A stretch of 60,986 bases of DNA, the filler included, from Syncephalis fuscata S228 (lineage: Eukaryota; Fungi; Zoopagomycota): assembly GCA_025786725.1 (NCBI GenBank). It is 3 parts of 3 records of this genome, joined end to end, with 100 filler letters (N's around TTAATTAATTAA, not from the genome) between each part and the next. Parts side by side here need not be neighbours in the genome. Positions count along the whole stretch, not along the records: positions 1 to 27,176 come from JAHLTZ010000104.1; 2 more parts are not named here. One strand, written 5' to 3'. Positions 1 to 14,695 of this stretch are shown in pieces. Position 1 is the first letter of the stretch; each line of letters begins with the position of its first letter. The notes below the pieces were generated by a model, which did not search any database, had not been told where the DNA came from, and was given only the letters and a program-made list of their open reading frames with translations. The translations under genes were made by a program, and so were the position numbers.

Positions 1-3000
1 TGAAGAAGAAATATCCGTAGTAGAGGAAATAGCGGCTAGTGAAGTAGAAGGACAATATAGTGAAGATAATGAAGAACCGTATAGTGAATATAATGAAGAA
101 CCGTATATTGAATATAATGAAGAAGAACAGTATACAGAAAGTGAAGATGACGATAAAACATCCTCTGTCATTTCTATTTCTATGACTGATATGCAAATGG
201 CTTCTATTGATTCACAATCAACATCATCTGAAAACGATAAATACAATTCTTTAATCATGGATTCTGTATCTAATACCGTAACTACTACTACTGAACAACA
301 ACAAGTAGAACAAGTAGATATTAATAACACATTATCAACAACAACAGACTCTTCTATATTATCTACTAAATTAAGTGTACCTCGTTCTCCACGTATCCGT
401 CCTCAAGCACTGACTATTGTTCCACCGACTACTGCTGCACTGTCTACACTCGATCAAATACCTGAATTCGATCTATCTTCATCTCCACCGCCTATTGTAG
501 TCAATTCATTAGATGAAGTGGCCATTAGTGTACCTCTACCCCGATCACCTCGTATTAGACCGTATTTAATGGCCGATATGGCTTCTGACACCCTTGACTA
601 CATGGAAGGAGAAGAGAACCCAGCCATTACGACATTAGAAGAACTATTTGATCCACCTCATTCACCATCTTCATTATCATTAGACCAATTAATACCCAGA
701 TCTCCTAGAATACGCCCTATATCCAACCATTCTAGTATTTGTGGTGATATTGAACCACAAGAGTTGGATGATTCAGATTTATCTTCATTAGATGGACATC
801 CGATGATGTTACCACCATCTCCATTGGTGGAACCATCGATGTTATTACAGTATAATACTATGGACCATCAAGTAGTCTATGGTAATACAAGTACCGGTCA
901 TATGATTACTGAACAGCCTGGTGTACTTTCCATGTCTATTAATGAAGGATTAAATGTGAATAGAACACGTAATTTAACGGTACATCAACGATCAGCCGCA
1001 CCTTCTCCTACTTCATCCATGGGTGGATCTCCATTATTAACCGCAACCCATACATTTGATTTCAATGTAAGTATAAGTATAGATATAATTAATTAATTAA
1101 TTAATTAATTAATAATATATAGGAGTCGGTATCTCCAGTAGAATTCATTCCAAATTATAATGTAGCCACTACGGCTAATACAGATGCCACTGCTTGGTCT
1201 GACTCATCACCTTATGGTGTTACTGTTATGTCATTGCCTTCATATACAGTTAATGATAAACAAGTAGTAACCATGAGTGAAGAGAAGATGGTATTTGAAG
1301 ATACTGATCATCATCATCATAACAATAATGGTGGTGAATTTAAACCTACAACTACAACAACAACAACTACAACAACTACATCTATGAATGGTCTAGAAGG
1401 ATATACAGTCTATAATCCATGGGAGAATGCAGTCAGTCCATTAGTACGTCCTATAGTTGTAGTATCACGTCCACCATCACCTGGATCTAATCTAGAAGTA
1501 TCATCGCCATTATTATTACCTCAATCAAGCATTGAAATAGAAGGAAAAGACAAAGAACCATATGCTGTAACCGTGCCTATTATTATTGAAGATATGAATG
1601 ATATTGAAGATATGAATGATATTGAAGATACAAATATTGATCATATTGATCAATTATCTTCTCCAGTAACTGCTAAGGCTCAATGGCACACTTCAATGTC
1701 TATTGCTACATTTGAAGAGAATCTAGTTCAAATTAAACAATCAGCCGATGAAGCAGATGAACCAGTATCTAATGAAGATGCTTCATTTATATCGAATGAT
1801 GCCTCTTCAATAGCCTCATTTAATCAAGAAGAAAGAGAAGAAAAAGGAGGAGAAGAAGAAGAAGAATGTGTCATTACGACCAATATACTAAATAATAATG
1901 ATGATGATGAACAAGTAAGTAAATAATATAATATATATAATATATATAATATACATAATATACATAATATATACTAATATACATAATATCTATTAGATTA
2001 TTGACTCTAATAATGATCATTTAATACACCATTTAACTGATCAACCAATAGATCATAGTATAAATGAATCTATTAATGAAGATAGTTCAATCAATGATAT
2101 TGTATACAAAGATACACGTAAATCAACTTTGGCCATTCTAGTAGAAGAAGCGGCATTACACGGTGGGGTCTGTGCATCAGATACTGGATCTAATAAAGAT
2201 ACTGGATCTAATAAAGATACTGGATCTAATAAAGATACTGGATCTAATAAAGATACTGGATCTAATAAAGATACTGGATCTAATAAAGATACGGAAGAAG
2301 AATCTATTTTACAAGATGAACATGAAGACAGTATAGATACACCATTTGGACATCATATGATTGCCAGTTCAACATTACAGTCTAATAGTGAATATACCAC
2401 GATGAGTACACCTCAATTAGAACCCACTCAATTACATTTACCATTACAACAACAACAACAACAACCACAACTTGAAGTAGAAGAACCAATAGAACAAGAA
2501 TCAAGTCTTAATTCTATTCTATTACAAGCCACACCATTTAATGATGACATGATAAATGGCATGTTAACTAGTATCAACCCTTCTAATATAAATACCATTA
2601 ATGAATGGCCTATATTATCTGAAGATCAAGCGATATTCTCTCCTATTTTACCGGATGAAGATGCACCTCCACCAATACTACCACCTATATCAGTAACATC
2701 GATTATAAGTATGCCACCACCTGTAGTAACCATTGATGATACAGAAGATGATATAGATATAGATAATAAGGATGTTGTTGTTGTTGATACAGATACAGAT
2801 AAGGATGTTGTTGTTGATACAGATACAGATAAGGATGTTGTTGTTGATACACTTGATACTGATACGCCATTAGATCGACGTCCTTCAGTTCATTTGGTTA
2901 ATCGATCTCATACATTTGGTGATATTCCTTCTACTTCTACTTCTACTTCTACTTCATCTTCATCTTCAACCAAACGACCTACTAAACATCAAAAGAGTAA

Positions 3001-6000
3001 ACAAGTCGATAAAAGTACAAAAGATCCATTATTAAGTAGAAATACCGATATCATCACTCCTATTTCTACTCAATGGAATGCCGCTGATTTACATCCTGGT
3101 CAAGCATTATTAACTCCATCTAATCCATCTAATCCACCATTGTCTACTACTACTACTACTACTATGACCGATACAACTACATTAACTACAATGACCCTAT
3201 TGCCTAGTCTATCTAATAATCAGAATACCAGTATTGATCCATCGGGTACCTGGTCACTTTCTAGATCACTTGATAACCATACCAGTAATACACGATCACA
3301 TCCTATGATGATATCACGATCCATGGGACATCAACGCCATAGTAGTAATAGTCATAAGGGCAGTCATGGTATTTATAGTACAAGTCATGGTCAATATACT
3401 GATCATCATCCTTATCGATCCCATCGATTCAATTCATTGGATCATAAAGTGGATCCGGATAGATTATTAGGATTATCGGCCACTCATGGATTAAGTGATG
3501 ATGGATGGTTATCGATGGATGGTAGTCGATGGATTCCCCCGGCCGATACACCTTCACTTACCAGTCCATACCATTATATGCAACATAGAGTATCTGGGTC
3601 TATTGATGATCAATATATACCTACAACTACTACTCCTACTACAATGACCACTACAATGCATTCACGTCATTTATTAGAGGGATATAATCGAGAGATCCAT
3701 TCTGTATTGGGTGGATCATTTGGTACAACCATTGGCCATCATCATCGATATGATAGTAGTATAGGCAGTCATAGTGGCAGTCATATGCATCGATCATTGT
3801 CTGAACAGTTACCTATAACATCTAATGGTATAAATACAATGACTTCTACCTCATTAATAGGTTCATTATCAACGGAAGCATTACGTAAAGATAAACAACA
3901 ACAACAACAACAGCTGATTAATAATGAAGATGAAGAGGATACTATGAGATCATTATTAACTGGTCCTCTATCTGATACGTATAGTCCATTAACTGATACA
4001 TTTAGTCTACATCTATCCCATTCATATGATAGTAATTATAATAGTCAACATCCTATGGGACATCATACCATGGATAGTATGAATAGTCATTCTACTATAG
4101 AATCTGGATCAACTGAACAACCACCACCTGTATCATCTCAAGTATCGCCACCATTAGGATTAAAAGATGGATCATCTATAGTAAAGAATACACCGCCTTT
4201 ATCAACACGTAAATTTATGCGTCGTTTATCATTTATTAATCAACAATCACCGGTAAGTAGAAATAGATGGATAAATAAATCAAATGAATTTAATGGATCA
4301 TTAATTGATATTTAATTGATTTAATTGATATTTAGGTGAGAATGGGTGGTGGTATTATGTCCTTGGATACACCTCTTGTTACTCCGGGTGATGATTCTTT
4401 TCCTCAAGAATCATATTTAAGTAAACATAAGGGAACAGTATCTAATGAACATGATGAAGAAGAAGAGGAGGAAGAAGAAGAGGAAGAGGAAGAGATTATG
4501 GATCATTCAAGTACAGAAGGGGTATTTACATTTGATAAAGAATCAACTATGACCATAAATCATACTGAAACACAATTATTAAGATCAGACGAGGTAAATA
4601 ATTAATAATTTCATTATTTATTTATATATTAATTAGTATTTGATAGAATTACTTGGCAACCACACCCATAATTCCTATTATTAATATGTCATTGAATAAT
4701 TCACCTAATAATACACAACATTCAACTTCATCCTCTCCATCTTCATTTAAAGATTCGATTCCTCCAACAAATATTAATATATCTAAATGGAGTGCCATGA
4801 CTCGATCACAATTGGATATAATTGAAGAGAGTGAACATAGTACATCAACCACGCCTAATATGGAGAAGCGATTAACATTAACGATGTCCGATCCAACGTT
4901 ATTTAACAACTTGGCCTCTCCTACTTTTGTGAATACCGCAACTGCCGCATCTTCATCGATTAATAGTCCACTTGTTAACTATCATCCCACGAGTGGAAAT
5001 AATAATGGTATGGGTGTGCCATTACTGGCCCAATTGCCATTATCGGCAGTTGGTGAGATGAATAATAATGGTAATGAATTTCCATTTAATATTCTACCTA
5101 ATGAATTGTATGAAGATAAAGAAGAGGAGGAGAAGGAAGAGGAAGAAGTAATGGATAGAATAAAGAAGCGAGTAGTTTATGAAAAGGTAAGCAGTTTAAA
5201 TAGATGATAGATAAATAGATAACTATTAATATATTTATTAATGTATTTATTAATGTATTTATTATAGGATGAGGATGATGAAGATGCCAGGTCATTTACT
5301 TCTTCTCCTTGTTTTGCCCATCAATTATCGTCACCATTTATGCCAACTATGGATTTATTTAACTCATCTCGAACTATATCCAATTCTACTCATACTTATT
5401 CTGAAATGACTACAGAAGAGGAAGAGGAGGAGGAGGAAGAGGAGGAGAAACAACACCGTTCTCTCTTTCCTATATCTAAATCTAATCATCATAACCATAT
5501 AGATCATATAACTGATATGAATATAGGACATGTCTCGAATAGAACCAGTTCTTCTAATTCATCCTCTTTATCAATGCAATCTTATGATGATAATGATGCC
5601 CATCGACCATTATCAGTTCATAGTTTAGAGAAATCGTTATTTGGTGAACATCATAGAAATGTTAGTATAAGTGGACATCATTTACATCATCCACATCAAT
5701 CACCGCCTGTAACATCACCACTATCTCATGATGAAGGTGAATCGACTCGATTACCCTCAGAACGACTTGATCCGATTAGATTTGATCTATTAACACGTAT
5801 ATCTGATCAATTGTACTCACAAGAGATGAGGAATAACTTTGGTGCCCCTACTGTATTAGCGGTAGGTTATAATCATATTGGTACATTTAATAGAATTTAT
5901 AGTAACATGGTGAATGGAATAGGTTGGTGAATGGTTAGCGATTGGTACATCGAGTGGTATGGTGGTACTATATGATCATACTCAGAATCTACGTACTATT

Positions 6001-9000
6001 CTACGTCGTAAGTTAGTTAGTGTCTATGTATAGATGGTTATTAATTAATGTATATATATGTATATATGTATGTATGTATATGTATATGATAGATACGGGT
6101 GTTGTAACGGCAGTGGCCGTGGCGGCTAATGGGTTCTTTGTTATGGCCGGATTTGCCAATGGATCGATTGTTATATGGGATGTGCGTAAAAGTGCCATTA
6201 TTCGACATATTGAACCACTACCCCTACAACAACATCATCGTAATAACAGTGGTGATTATACAGGTAGTGGGGCGAGTAGTAATGGGGCCCAATTACTTGC
6301 TTATACCGCCCAACGTATTATGAAACTATCCTCGGTCGTTGGTCGTAATACGTCAAATAGTAATGCTGGTGGTAGTGGTGGTAGTCATCATCAACGCTCC
6401 TCTTCTATACTGACGAGTCGAGCGACGATTGGACATGAATGGGGATCGGCCATTTTACATGTTGAATTTGTTGGTAATCAATCTCATGAAATTATTACTA
6501 CCGATGACCAGGTAAATTTGAATAGTATATTATATACCACGCAAATATACTGATGGATATATATATATATATGTGTGTGTGATAGGGATTGGTGTTTTTA
6601 CATCGGTTGGCTAAAGTGGCGGTTATTCGTTCAGTGGATACTTTCCATGTATTGGGTCGACGTCGTCGTAATGGTCCATTATCAATGACCGCACAAGGCA
6701 TGCAACCACCAAGACGGGCCGGTACTGTATTTAGTGTATCTTCATTATCGATGGGGGTCATACAACATCCGGCCGATACCTTTGCCTTTATAGCCATCAC
6801 CACACCGGTTAAAGTAAGTAGTCAATAATATTATTTATATTGGTAAAGGTATTTATCATGAATGTAGATGTTAATTATAAGTACGAAACCGCGTATTGAG
6901 ACGCATTTCAAAGTTATGAGATCGGAAAAGATGATGGCTCAAACGATTGAAGAAGAAGGTATAATGGCCACTTGTGGATGTACAGCTTGGTATTCAGCCA
7001 CCCTTGACGAAGGAGGTAAGCGTATATATATATATATATATATACTAGTACTAATATTATATAATGGTATAGAAGCGGCTGATCCATTACTTGCGTATAG
7101 TTGGGATCATCGATTGGCTGTATTAAGAGTTATTGGTGATTCAGTTGAAGAAAAGGAACGAGGCGGTATATTAAGACGCCAATTACCACGAATTACCTTT
7201 GTTTATGTTAATGAATGGCGTGGGCCATGTCCCATTGTAGCCATTCAATGGATGACGCGTAAAGTAAGTACCTATAGAACATATAGAATATAGAGTAAAT
7301 ATTAATATGTTTATTATTACTAGATGCTTGTTCTTTATACAAGTGAAGATGAAATGCTTGTATTTGATCGATCGGCCAATCAAGTTACTGAACGATGTGA
7401 TTTACGCGCTGTTCGACTTGTTAGTAATAATCGGTTTATGACGCCCCTTGAAGAGGATATCGATGAGAATGATGAACATTCATCTGATTTAGAACTGGCC
7501 TATTACCAAAGTGTACGATCACATAAAGGTCGAGTCTATCTACTAGTAAGTATTAATATAGCCTATAATGTTGTTAGTAATAATAATATCTGGTAGGGTG
7601 TTGATCGATTGTGGATGGGTATGCCATTGTCATGGGCAGATCGTATTGATGCTTGTGAACAGAATGGTGAACTGTTAAAGGCCATTGATATTGGTATTGC
7701 CTTAATTAATGGGGCACCCGGTCTATCAACAGTTGGATTGCCGGATGATGATCTACAGAGACGTGTTGTGGTTGGTGCCCGTTTAATGCAATTAATACGT
7801 AAAGCCACGAGTATTACCTTTGCGATTGATCGAGTGGGTGAACGACATCCGCGTAGTTGTCGTGAATTGGCCCGTGCGTCTATTGAAGCCAGTTTATGTA
7901 TTGGTATTGAATCGTTTTTATTTGATGAAATCTACGAGACATTTTGTGAACATCAGTGTAGTCACTGGTTTTTGGGTGCATTGGCCAAGGCAGTTCATCG
8001 ACGCCGTATTCATTTATTGCCACCGGTAGTGGCTCAAGATCTTATTGTTTATTTACGTGGTCAACCCAAATTACTTGAAACGATTCTATTACACCTTGAT
8101 TTAACCACTCTTGATATTGACACGATTGTTTCGGTTTGTCGACGTGACGGACTATGGGATGCACTTATATGGGTATGGACGAGGGCTGTACACGACTGGA
8201 TTAGTCCAACGGTTGAACTATTACAAGTAGCACGACAACTGGCTGGTAATTCAGAAAGACGCGTTAAAGAGATTCTCGATCAGTTACTCGCCTATTTCGA
8301 TCACGTATTACGTGGTCGTTGGTTCCCTTCACTATCGGATGAATCGTCAAACAACAATGACCATTCGGATCAACAACGAAATCGACGACATCGACCGCGT
8401 AGATCGTCTAAATCGGCCACCCGTCGTTATTGGGACGAGAAACGAGATATCATCCACGATAAGGTTATATGTCATAAGGCGAAAGCATCTATTTATCAGT
8501 TTATATTTTCATCTACGGCTATTTACTGGCCTGAACAGCCAGCACCGGGAAATCCATCAAGTGAATTGGTATTGGTTGATGGTATTCTAAAACAATCAAC
8601 TGGTTATGAAGATTTGGATGATTTACAGCCCTATCCCTATTTATCTCTGCTGCTTGACTATGATCCAAAGCGATGGCTTGATACCCTTGAACGAGCATTT
8701 AATGATGATAGCTACTTTGATTATAAAGAGCCAAAAAATGAAGCGAATAATGGTGATGAAGGCGAAGACCAAGAAAAAAGTACAGCACATACTAGACAAA
8801 CAATTGTGGATGCTCTTATTAAATGTGTTTCGCCGTATGCGCGTAATAACTTTACTACCGTGCCGGCCACCTTTGTTTGTATCTTCTTGGCCCGTCAATT
8901 ACATCAACATAGCCGACATGTTCAATTGACACCGGATACATTAGAGGCAGTATTAATTCGATTAACTACCGATTCAACAACGGCATTATACGGTGCCACG

Positions 9001-11283
9001 AGTGATACACGACAGGCAGCCGTACAAGAATTGCTTAAAGTCTACATATCACCACATACGAAACAAATGACCGAGTTATACGATCGGGCCGGTTTCTATA
9101 GAGTACTTGAAACAGTCTATCGTAACGAACATAATTACGGCAAAGTAGTTGAAACGTATTTACGTGATCCAGAACGACGCAGTCAAGTATTTGACTGTAT
9201 TCGACGATTATTAAGCGATAAAAGTCGATCAGTCGAGAAGAGTCGATTACTGCAAAAGAAACGAGCCCATGTACGCACATCGGTTATGGGACTAATGCCC
9301 CAACTGGTTAGTGTAGATGGTGCCCAATGCGCTCGATTAGTAGCCGATTTATTCGAGGATCAACATGAAGAAGTGGTAAAACTACTTGAACCTGACCGTT
9401 TCCTTGTATATGCCTACTTGCACGGTCTATTCGAAGCACGTCAACGGGTAAAACGATCTTTATTACGTAAAAAGGCTAGACAAGCAAGTGACCTAGCCAG
9501 TAGTTCACCCACCGGCATGACAGTTACTACTTCCGCCACCACCACTACTACTACTACTACTTTAATTAGTGGTCAAAAAAACAGCCATGTACTTTTGGAT
9601 GATTTCCCTGGATTACCACGTATGCTTGAACGGTATATTGAACTACTTTGTGAACGACATCCTTCATTGGTTCGAACATTCCTGGCTGATCATGAAGAAG
9701 ATGGTATTTGGCTAAATAGTGCCCTGACCGTCTGTCGTGAATACGATGTTACCGATGCCATTGTATGGATACTTGAACGACGTGGTGATCTTGTACAAGC
9801 CTTAGAGGCTATTCTTATTAAAGTGCAAGACTGTGTTATTCAAGTAACAAAACAATTGGCCCGTGATGCCATTGATCATTTTACAGATGCCGCTGCTTCA
9901 GTCGTTAGTGATTGGCAACACCAGCACCACCATCATGGATCGATTGACTTACTTGGTCGATATACACCGCCACCACGACTACCCATGCAAACCGCTAGCA
10001 CTACAACGGACGTGTATCGCGCTGTAGATGCCATTGTATTGTATTTAAGAATGGCGGTAGAGTTGTGTGAGCGCGTTAGTACACGTGTATTAACGGCCGT
10101 AGCTAATGAACGGGCACAACTTGAACACCAAAGTGAAGATCTATGGTTTATGCTACTGGTACAATTTGTAGATGCGTATCGTACATTAATGGCTGCAGCC
10201 ACTGAACATGCACCTGCACCCTCTTTATCATCTAGATCAACATCGCTAATACCACCAACGCAAGAGCCACTTGATCCATCGGGCCAAATGATACGCGGTG
10301 GCTTATACGAAAGTTTAACGGAACTATTACAAGCTACCGCATCATCCGGTGTATCGCTGCCCAAGCTGCTATTACGTCTGGTTAAATCGGACGCAGATAC
10401 TAATGAAGAAATAGCGGATGAAGAGGATGATATGTATTCTAATGAGGCGGGAACGACAACGGCCATGGCTACACCTAGACTATTTGCCGATTTACGTGAT
10501 GTCTTTTTTGGTATGCTTGATTTGTATAAATTCGAGGCCCAATTACGTCGAGTGGCCCATCGACTTATCGAATCGGATGTGTTTAGTGAAATGCGTTTAG
10601 CAGTGCACACCCGTAGTCATGGATGGCGAGCCATAAATGGCGGTGACTGTGATCGATGTGGACGTCGTCTTTGGTTAGATGCACGTAATCCATGTGCACG
10701 CGCCCCTATCAATGCAATGCAAGTATTTGATTCACCTTTACGTTGGCCACATCGCCCACAACAGCAACAGCAACAATCGTCATTGTCACTATCAAATACA
10801 ATTTCTAGATCTACGGGGGTGACGGCAAGGGCACAGGCAAAAAGAGCAATGAGTTATGATAGCCGTATGCATTCCCATTATAGTCCAGCTAATACATCGA
10901 CACTGCCCACCACAAGTAAGGATTGGGCGGTAATGATGTATCGATGTGGTCACGCTTTTCATCAAACATGCTTATTACCGACCCCGCCTATAACGACAAC
11001 GGCAAATGTACCGACATCCATCCCACCACCACCATCTATTTCTCGACAAAATTCACTAACCACTTCTATACTTACGACACATCGACTACTATCACCACCA
11101 CTATCGCCTAGTTCGTCATTGCAGCCACAACAGCCGCAACACTCCTATCCTATAAGTGAGCACCAAAGTGATGAAGGTGAAGAAGTTCAACTATTCTCTG
11201 CTTCATCACTACCTTCTGCTCAATCAAAGATGCCATGTCCAGTTTGTCATCCGCCGCGTATATTAACGCATCATCGAATTTAA
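1..11283 (+). CDS. VPS8: CORVET subunit Vps8 (multi-exon, 5' end outside window): very long disordered N-terminus, WD40 beta-propeller, helical/clathrin-like repeats, C-terminal RING-H2
   Basis: Frame is open from base 2. ORF pieces are joined by GT-AG introns. WD40-type segments (GAPTVLAV, VTAVAVAANGFFVMAGFANGSIVIWDV, AILHVEFVG). Vps8-domain text (LSWADRI, LETILLHLDLTTLDIDTIVSVCRRDGLWDALIWVW). RING ligands CDRC / CGHAFHQTC / CPVC. Stop at 11281-11283. Confidence 0.85.
2180..2290 (+). repeat. In-frame 18-nt tandem repeat (GATACTGGATCTAATAAA x6, DTGSNK) within VPS8 N-terminus
   Basis: Directly visible perfect repeat; a second DKDVVVDTDT repeat lies at ~2765-2850. Confidence 0.9.
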
Positions 11284-11419
11284 TTAAATAAATAGTATTA
11301 CTATGATTATTAAATAGGCCAGTCATGGGATAATAATGATATATTACTACTATATTGTAAATACTGGCAATGTTGTTATTGGCTTATTTATATTTTGTAT
11401 TATGTTGTAGTATTTATAA

Positions 11420-11885
11420 AATATATAAGTAGAATGAATAGAAATAATTTAAAGGCTGCCACAAACACAATTAACTGCGAATAAACAACAGTTATGAATA
11501 AAGCATATTTAATAGAACAAATACTAAAATATATGAATAATGAATTTAATGCTACAATGCATATATATATGGGTGAATAAGTAAAATAGTCGATATTTAT
11601 TAATAATACTGCTAGAACAAAAACAAATACGGCTTTGGGTAGCGGAAGACTAGGAGGGTATAGAATGATATATAAAATAATGAATGTATGGTAAGAAAGC
11701 ATATATGATAGCATGGAATAGAATGGGATGATATAGATGAATAGAGTGTATGTATACTGAATAATGAATCTATAATGATGAGTATTTTGGACCCTGATGT
11801 GAATTACTTCTTGTTTCCTGTTCAATAGAAAAAAAGTCTAATTTAAATGTATGAATGTTATTAAATGCAGTTATTTAACCACCAA
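11420..11885 (+). mobile_element. Degenerate copy of the dispersed inverted-repeat element (right part)
   Basis: GAGTATTTTGGACCCTGATGT at ~11781 and the following GAATGTTATTAAA...ATTTAACCACCAAA match the element end at 31539-31745. The spurious ORF here resembles spurious ORFs at 31222 and 33398. Confidence 0.65.
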
Positions 11886-12070
11886 AGTACAATAAATGAG
11901 TAATAAATTGCATTTAGATTACTAAATTTATTATTTAAATAGTTATATTGTATGCAATGTAATAGAATAGAAGCATATCATAGTAAAAATATAATATTTA
12001 TTGTTTTTTGTACTTTATAAACTAAATACACTAATATGAAATATTTACAAGATGGTGCCTAATTAGTTGG

Positions 12071-14695
12071 TTAGTTTACATAGCAACGACTTAATAAACA
12101 CTTACATCCATTGCTGATTTTCACTCGTTTTTCCTGAGTATCAGCAGTCATTGAATGCGACCGCTTAATACCACGCTGAGGTGTGGAAGCCTCTTGGCAA
12201 GCTGTTGTCTCTTCGGCTTCTTTGTCGTCTTCAGTTTGATTACTCTCTTGCTGTTGACTTGGTTCTATCTCGGCTTCTTCTTCTGGTAACTTCAATGCCG
12301 GTTCTTCTTGTTCTTCTTGAGTCACATCAGCTTCAGCAACCGTATCTTGTGGCTTGTTAAACCAAGAACTTGCCAATGCCTGCTCAATAGTGATACGTGA
12401 ATCGCTGTTAAGAGCAAGAAGATTGCGCACCAGTTCGCGTCCTAGTAATCAATAAATATTAGTTCTATATAATTATTGTTTGATTTATTTACCTTCTTCT
12501 GATACTGCTTCCCAAGTATCATCGAATTCCAAAGGATTGTTTAATAAATCTAGAGCATAATCCTCGACGATAACATCTTCATTACTATTTTTTACATATG
12601 GTAATGTATCTAAATATAAAGGCATTAGTAAAAAATGACAGCTTTATAATCACTTACTTGATAGCATGTAATGTAATGTAGCACCAAGGCTCCACACATC
12701 AACTTGGTGGTAATTGCTGGCTGTCAGTTCCATTGTATTCGAGGCTGCTTGCGGATTAATATCAATTTTTTTAGCTTTTGCAATTGCTAAATTTTTAAAA
12801 GCTGATTTTAGAACCATTTCTGGTGCCATATAACCTAGTGTTCCACGCTTCTTTCTTGGTGGCGGTGAATCTGGAACAATTTTCCAAGCAGCACCAAAAT
12901 CTGTAAGGACAATCGTTGGGTTGTTGATGCACTTTCGCAGCAATACATTTGCTGGCTAATGTAGACACGGTTAATTTCAGTCATTTTTAACATTTCAAGT
13001 ACTTACTTTTATATCTATTTGATAGCAATACGATTAACAATGATATTTGTTAGTAGCAATAATAAACAATTATTTCAACTTACCACAGTGAACAATATGC
13101 TTACTGTGTAAAAACTATTCAAAAGTCATTAATAAATTATTGTATTATGTTGTTACTTACCTTTACTGCTTCCAGCAGCTGTTTAAAAATGTGCCTAGCC
13201 TCATCTTCAAGAAGAGGGCCATGTTGTGCACAATAGCTGTGTAAATCTCCGCCAGCTACATATTCAAGCACCAAGTAGCTGTACATTGCTGTTTCATGCA
13301 CATCAACTACTTGAATAATGGCTTGATGTCATTGCGCCATAACAAGTATGGTGTTTTCATCAGCAAAGCTATTTATGCAAACTTCTTTGGCTGCTCCCTT
13401 GATATACTTTTTGTCGGATATTTTGATGGCAACAGGTGTTTTGTTGTTGCGTATTTCTCCATAAAATACGCTGCCAAAAGCACCACTATTTTATGTTATC
13501 AATATGTTAATTTAAATGATATAAGTACTTACGAACCAAGCCGTTGTGTTGTTACAGCATATTTGCTGTTGATTGTCTAGAAATGTGTTAGAGGCTATAA
13601 CTGCTGTAATTGTAATATTGCTGACTTACTGTGCCAAAATCAGGACTTGGATCTCGATTCTTAATGTCAACTTTTTAATCAAATATATAGCATAAAAAAC
13701 TAGTGCCATTGATTAGTCGTGATTATCATAGACTAATAAAACTTACAATTGCAACCAGATGGCTGGATGCTGCTATTATTTTTGATGACACATGTAGCAT
13801 CGGACCTAATGCTGACACCATCCACTAAATAAAATAATTAGTATTGTTTAGTAATTTATAATAAATCTACTTACCCAAAATAGAACTGGACATCAAATTC
13901 TAATTACACATTTAGCACCATTATTATTAGTATGATAACTACTTACTTTGCACATCATTATTTCATTTTCCTAAATATGGATTAAAATTAGCATTGTTAT
14001 TTTAACATAATGATGTGTGCTGCTCACCATGAATATGCTAAAATAATCGTCTTGTTTTTTCCTCTTCCTCTTCCTCTCCTCGCTCGCACTAAATATTACA
14101 AATTATTATATTAATAAAATTGTGTAATGTGTCAATCAAACCAGCAATAGTTTAGTGTGTTTACATTTGCTAAATAACAGCAAATTATGGCACAGCACTA
14201 TACCAATAAGACACCAGTATTAAACACTGCATAGCTTACCTTTCTGAGCCTTGCCCAAAAGTGTATTCTTCACCTCGCATCAAGAGGTGTTCTTTGAATG
14301 AATGGTTATTTAAATGGTCTATTAACTGTATATTTACTTACCTGTGTCGTTTTCATCCGACACCTCAACCCAGCCTACAATCTTGGCTTGCTCCGCCAAA
14401 CTCATTGCCGCCCAAGCAGCAGGGAGTCTTTCGTAAATGTCCCCCACTGAATTGTTTGGTGTTGTGAATGGCAAAGCAAGTGCAGGTAAACAAGGAGCAT
14501 CTGATGGCTGAGCCACCACACACTGCTCTTCAACAACATCTTCAGCGGCGGAACTATATTAGCTTCAGCCGCAGGCGCTAATGATGGGGATGGCGATGGC
14601 GACAAATGTGCGGGTGGATTGAATGGCAAGCGAGTGGGATTTGCAACAGATACATCAAGAGAACTACAAGCAAATGGATTACCTGGACTGTCCAT
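12071..14695 (-). CDS. CAMK-group Ser/Thr kinase with N-terminal FHA-like region (Chk2/Dun1/Mek1-like); carries an in-frame TGA and a frameshift, possibly a pseudogene
   Basis: Spliced translation gives LGSGAFGSV, VAIK, LVLEYVAGGDL, HCDIKPANVLL, LTDFG, GTLGYMAPE, VDVWSLG and RITIEQALASSWF. Upstream GEEYTFGQG ... WVDGVSI resembles a diverged FHA domain. TGA at 13329-13331; frame change near 14555. Confidence 0.7.

Noticed and set aside
9933-10610. 225-aa antisense ORF inside VPS8 and similar antisense ORFs in other genes
   Set aside because: Codon-bias shadows of the sense CDS, with no domain features.
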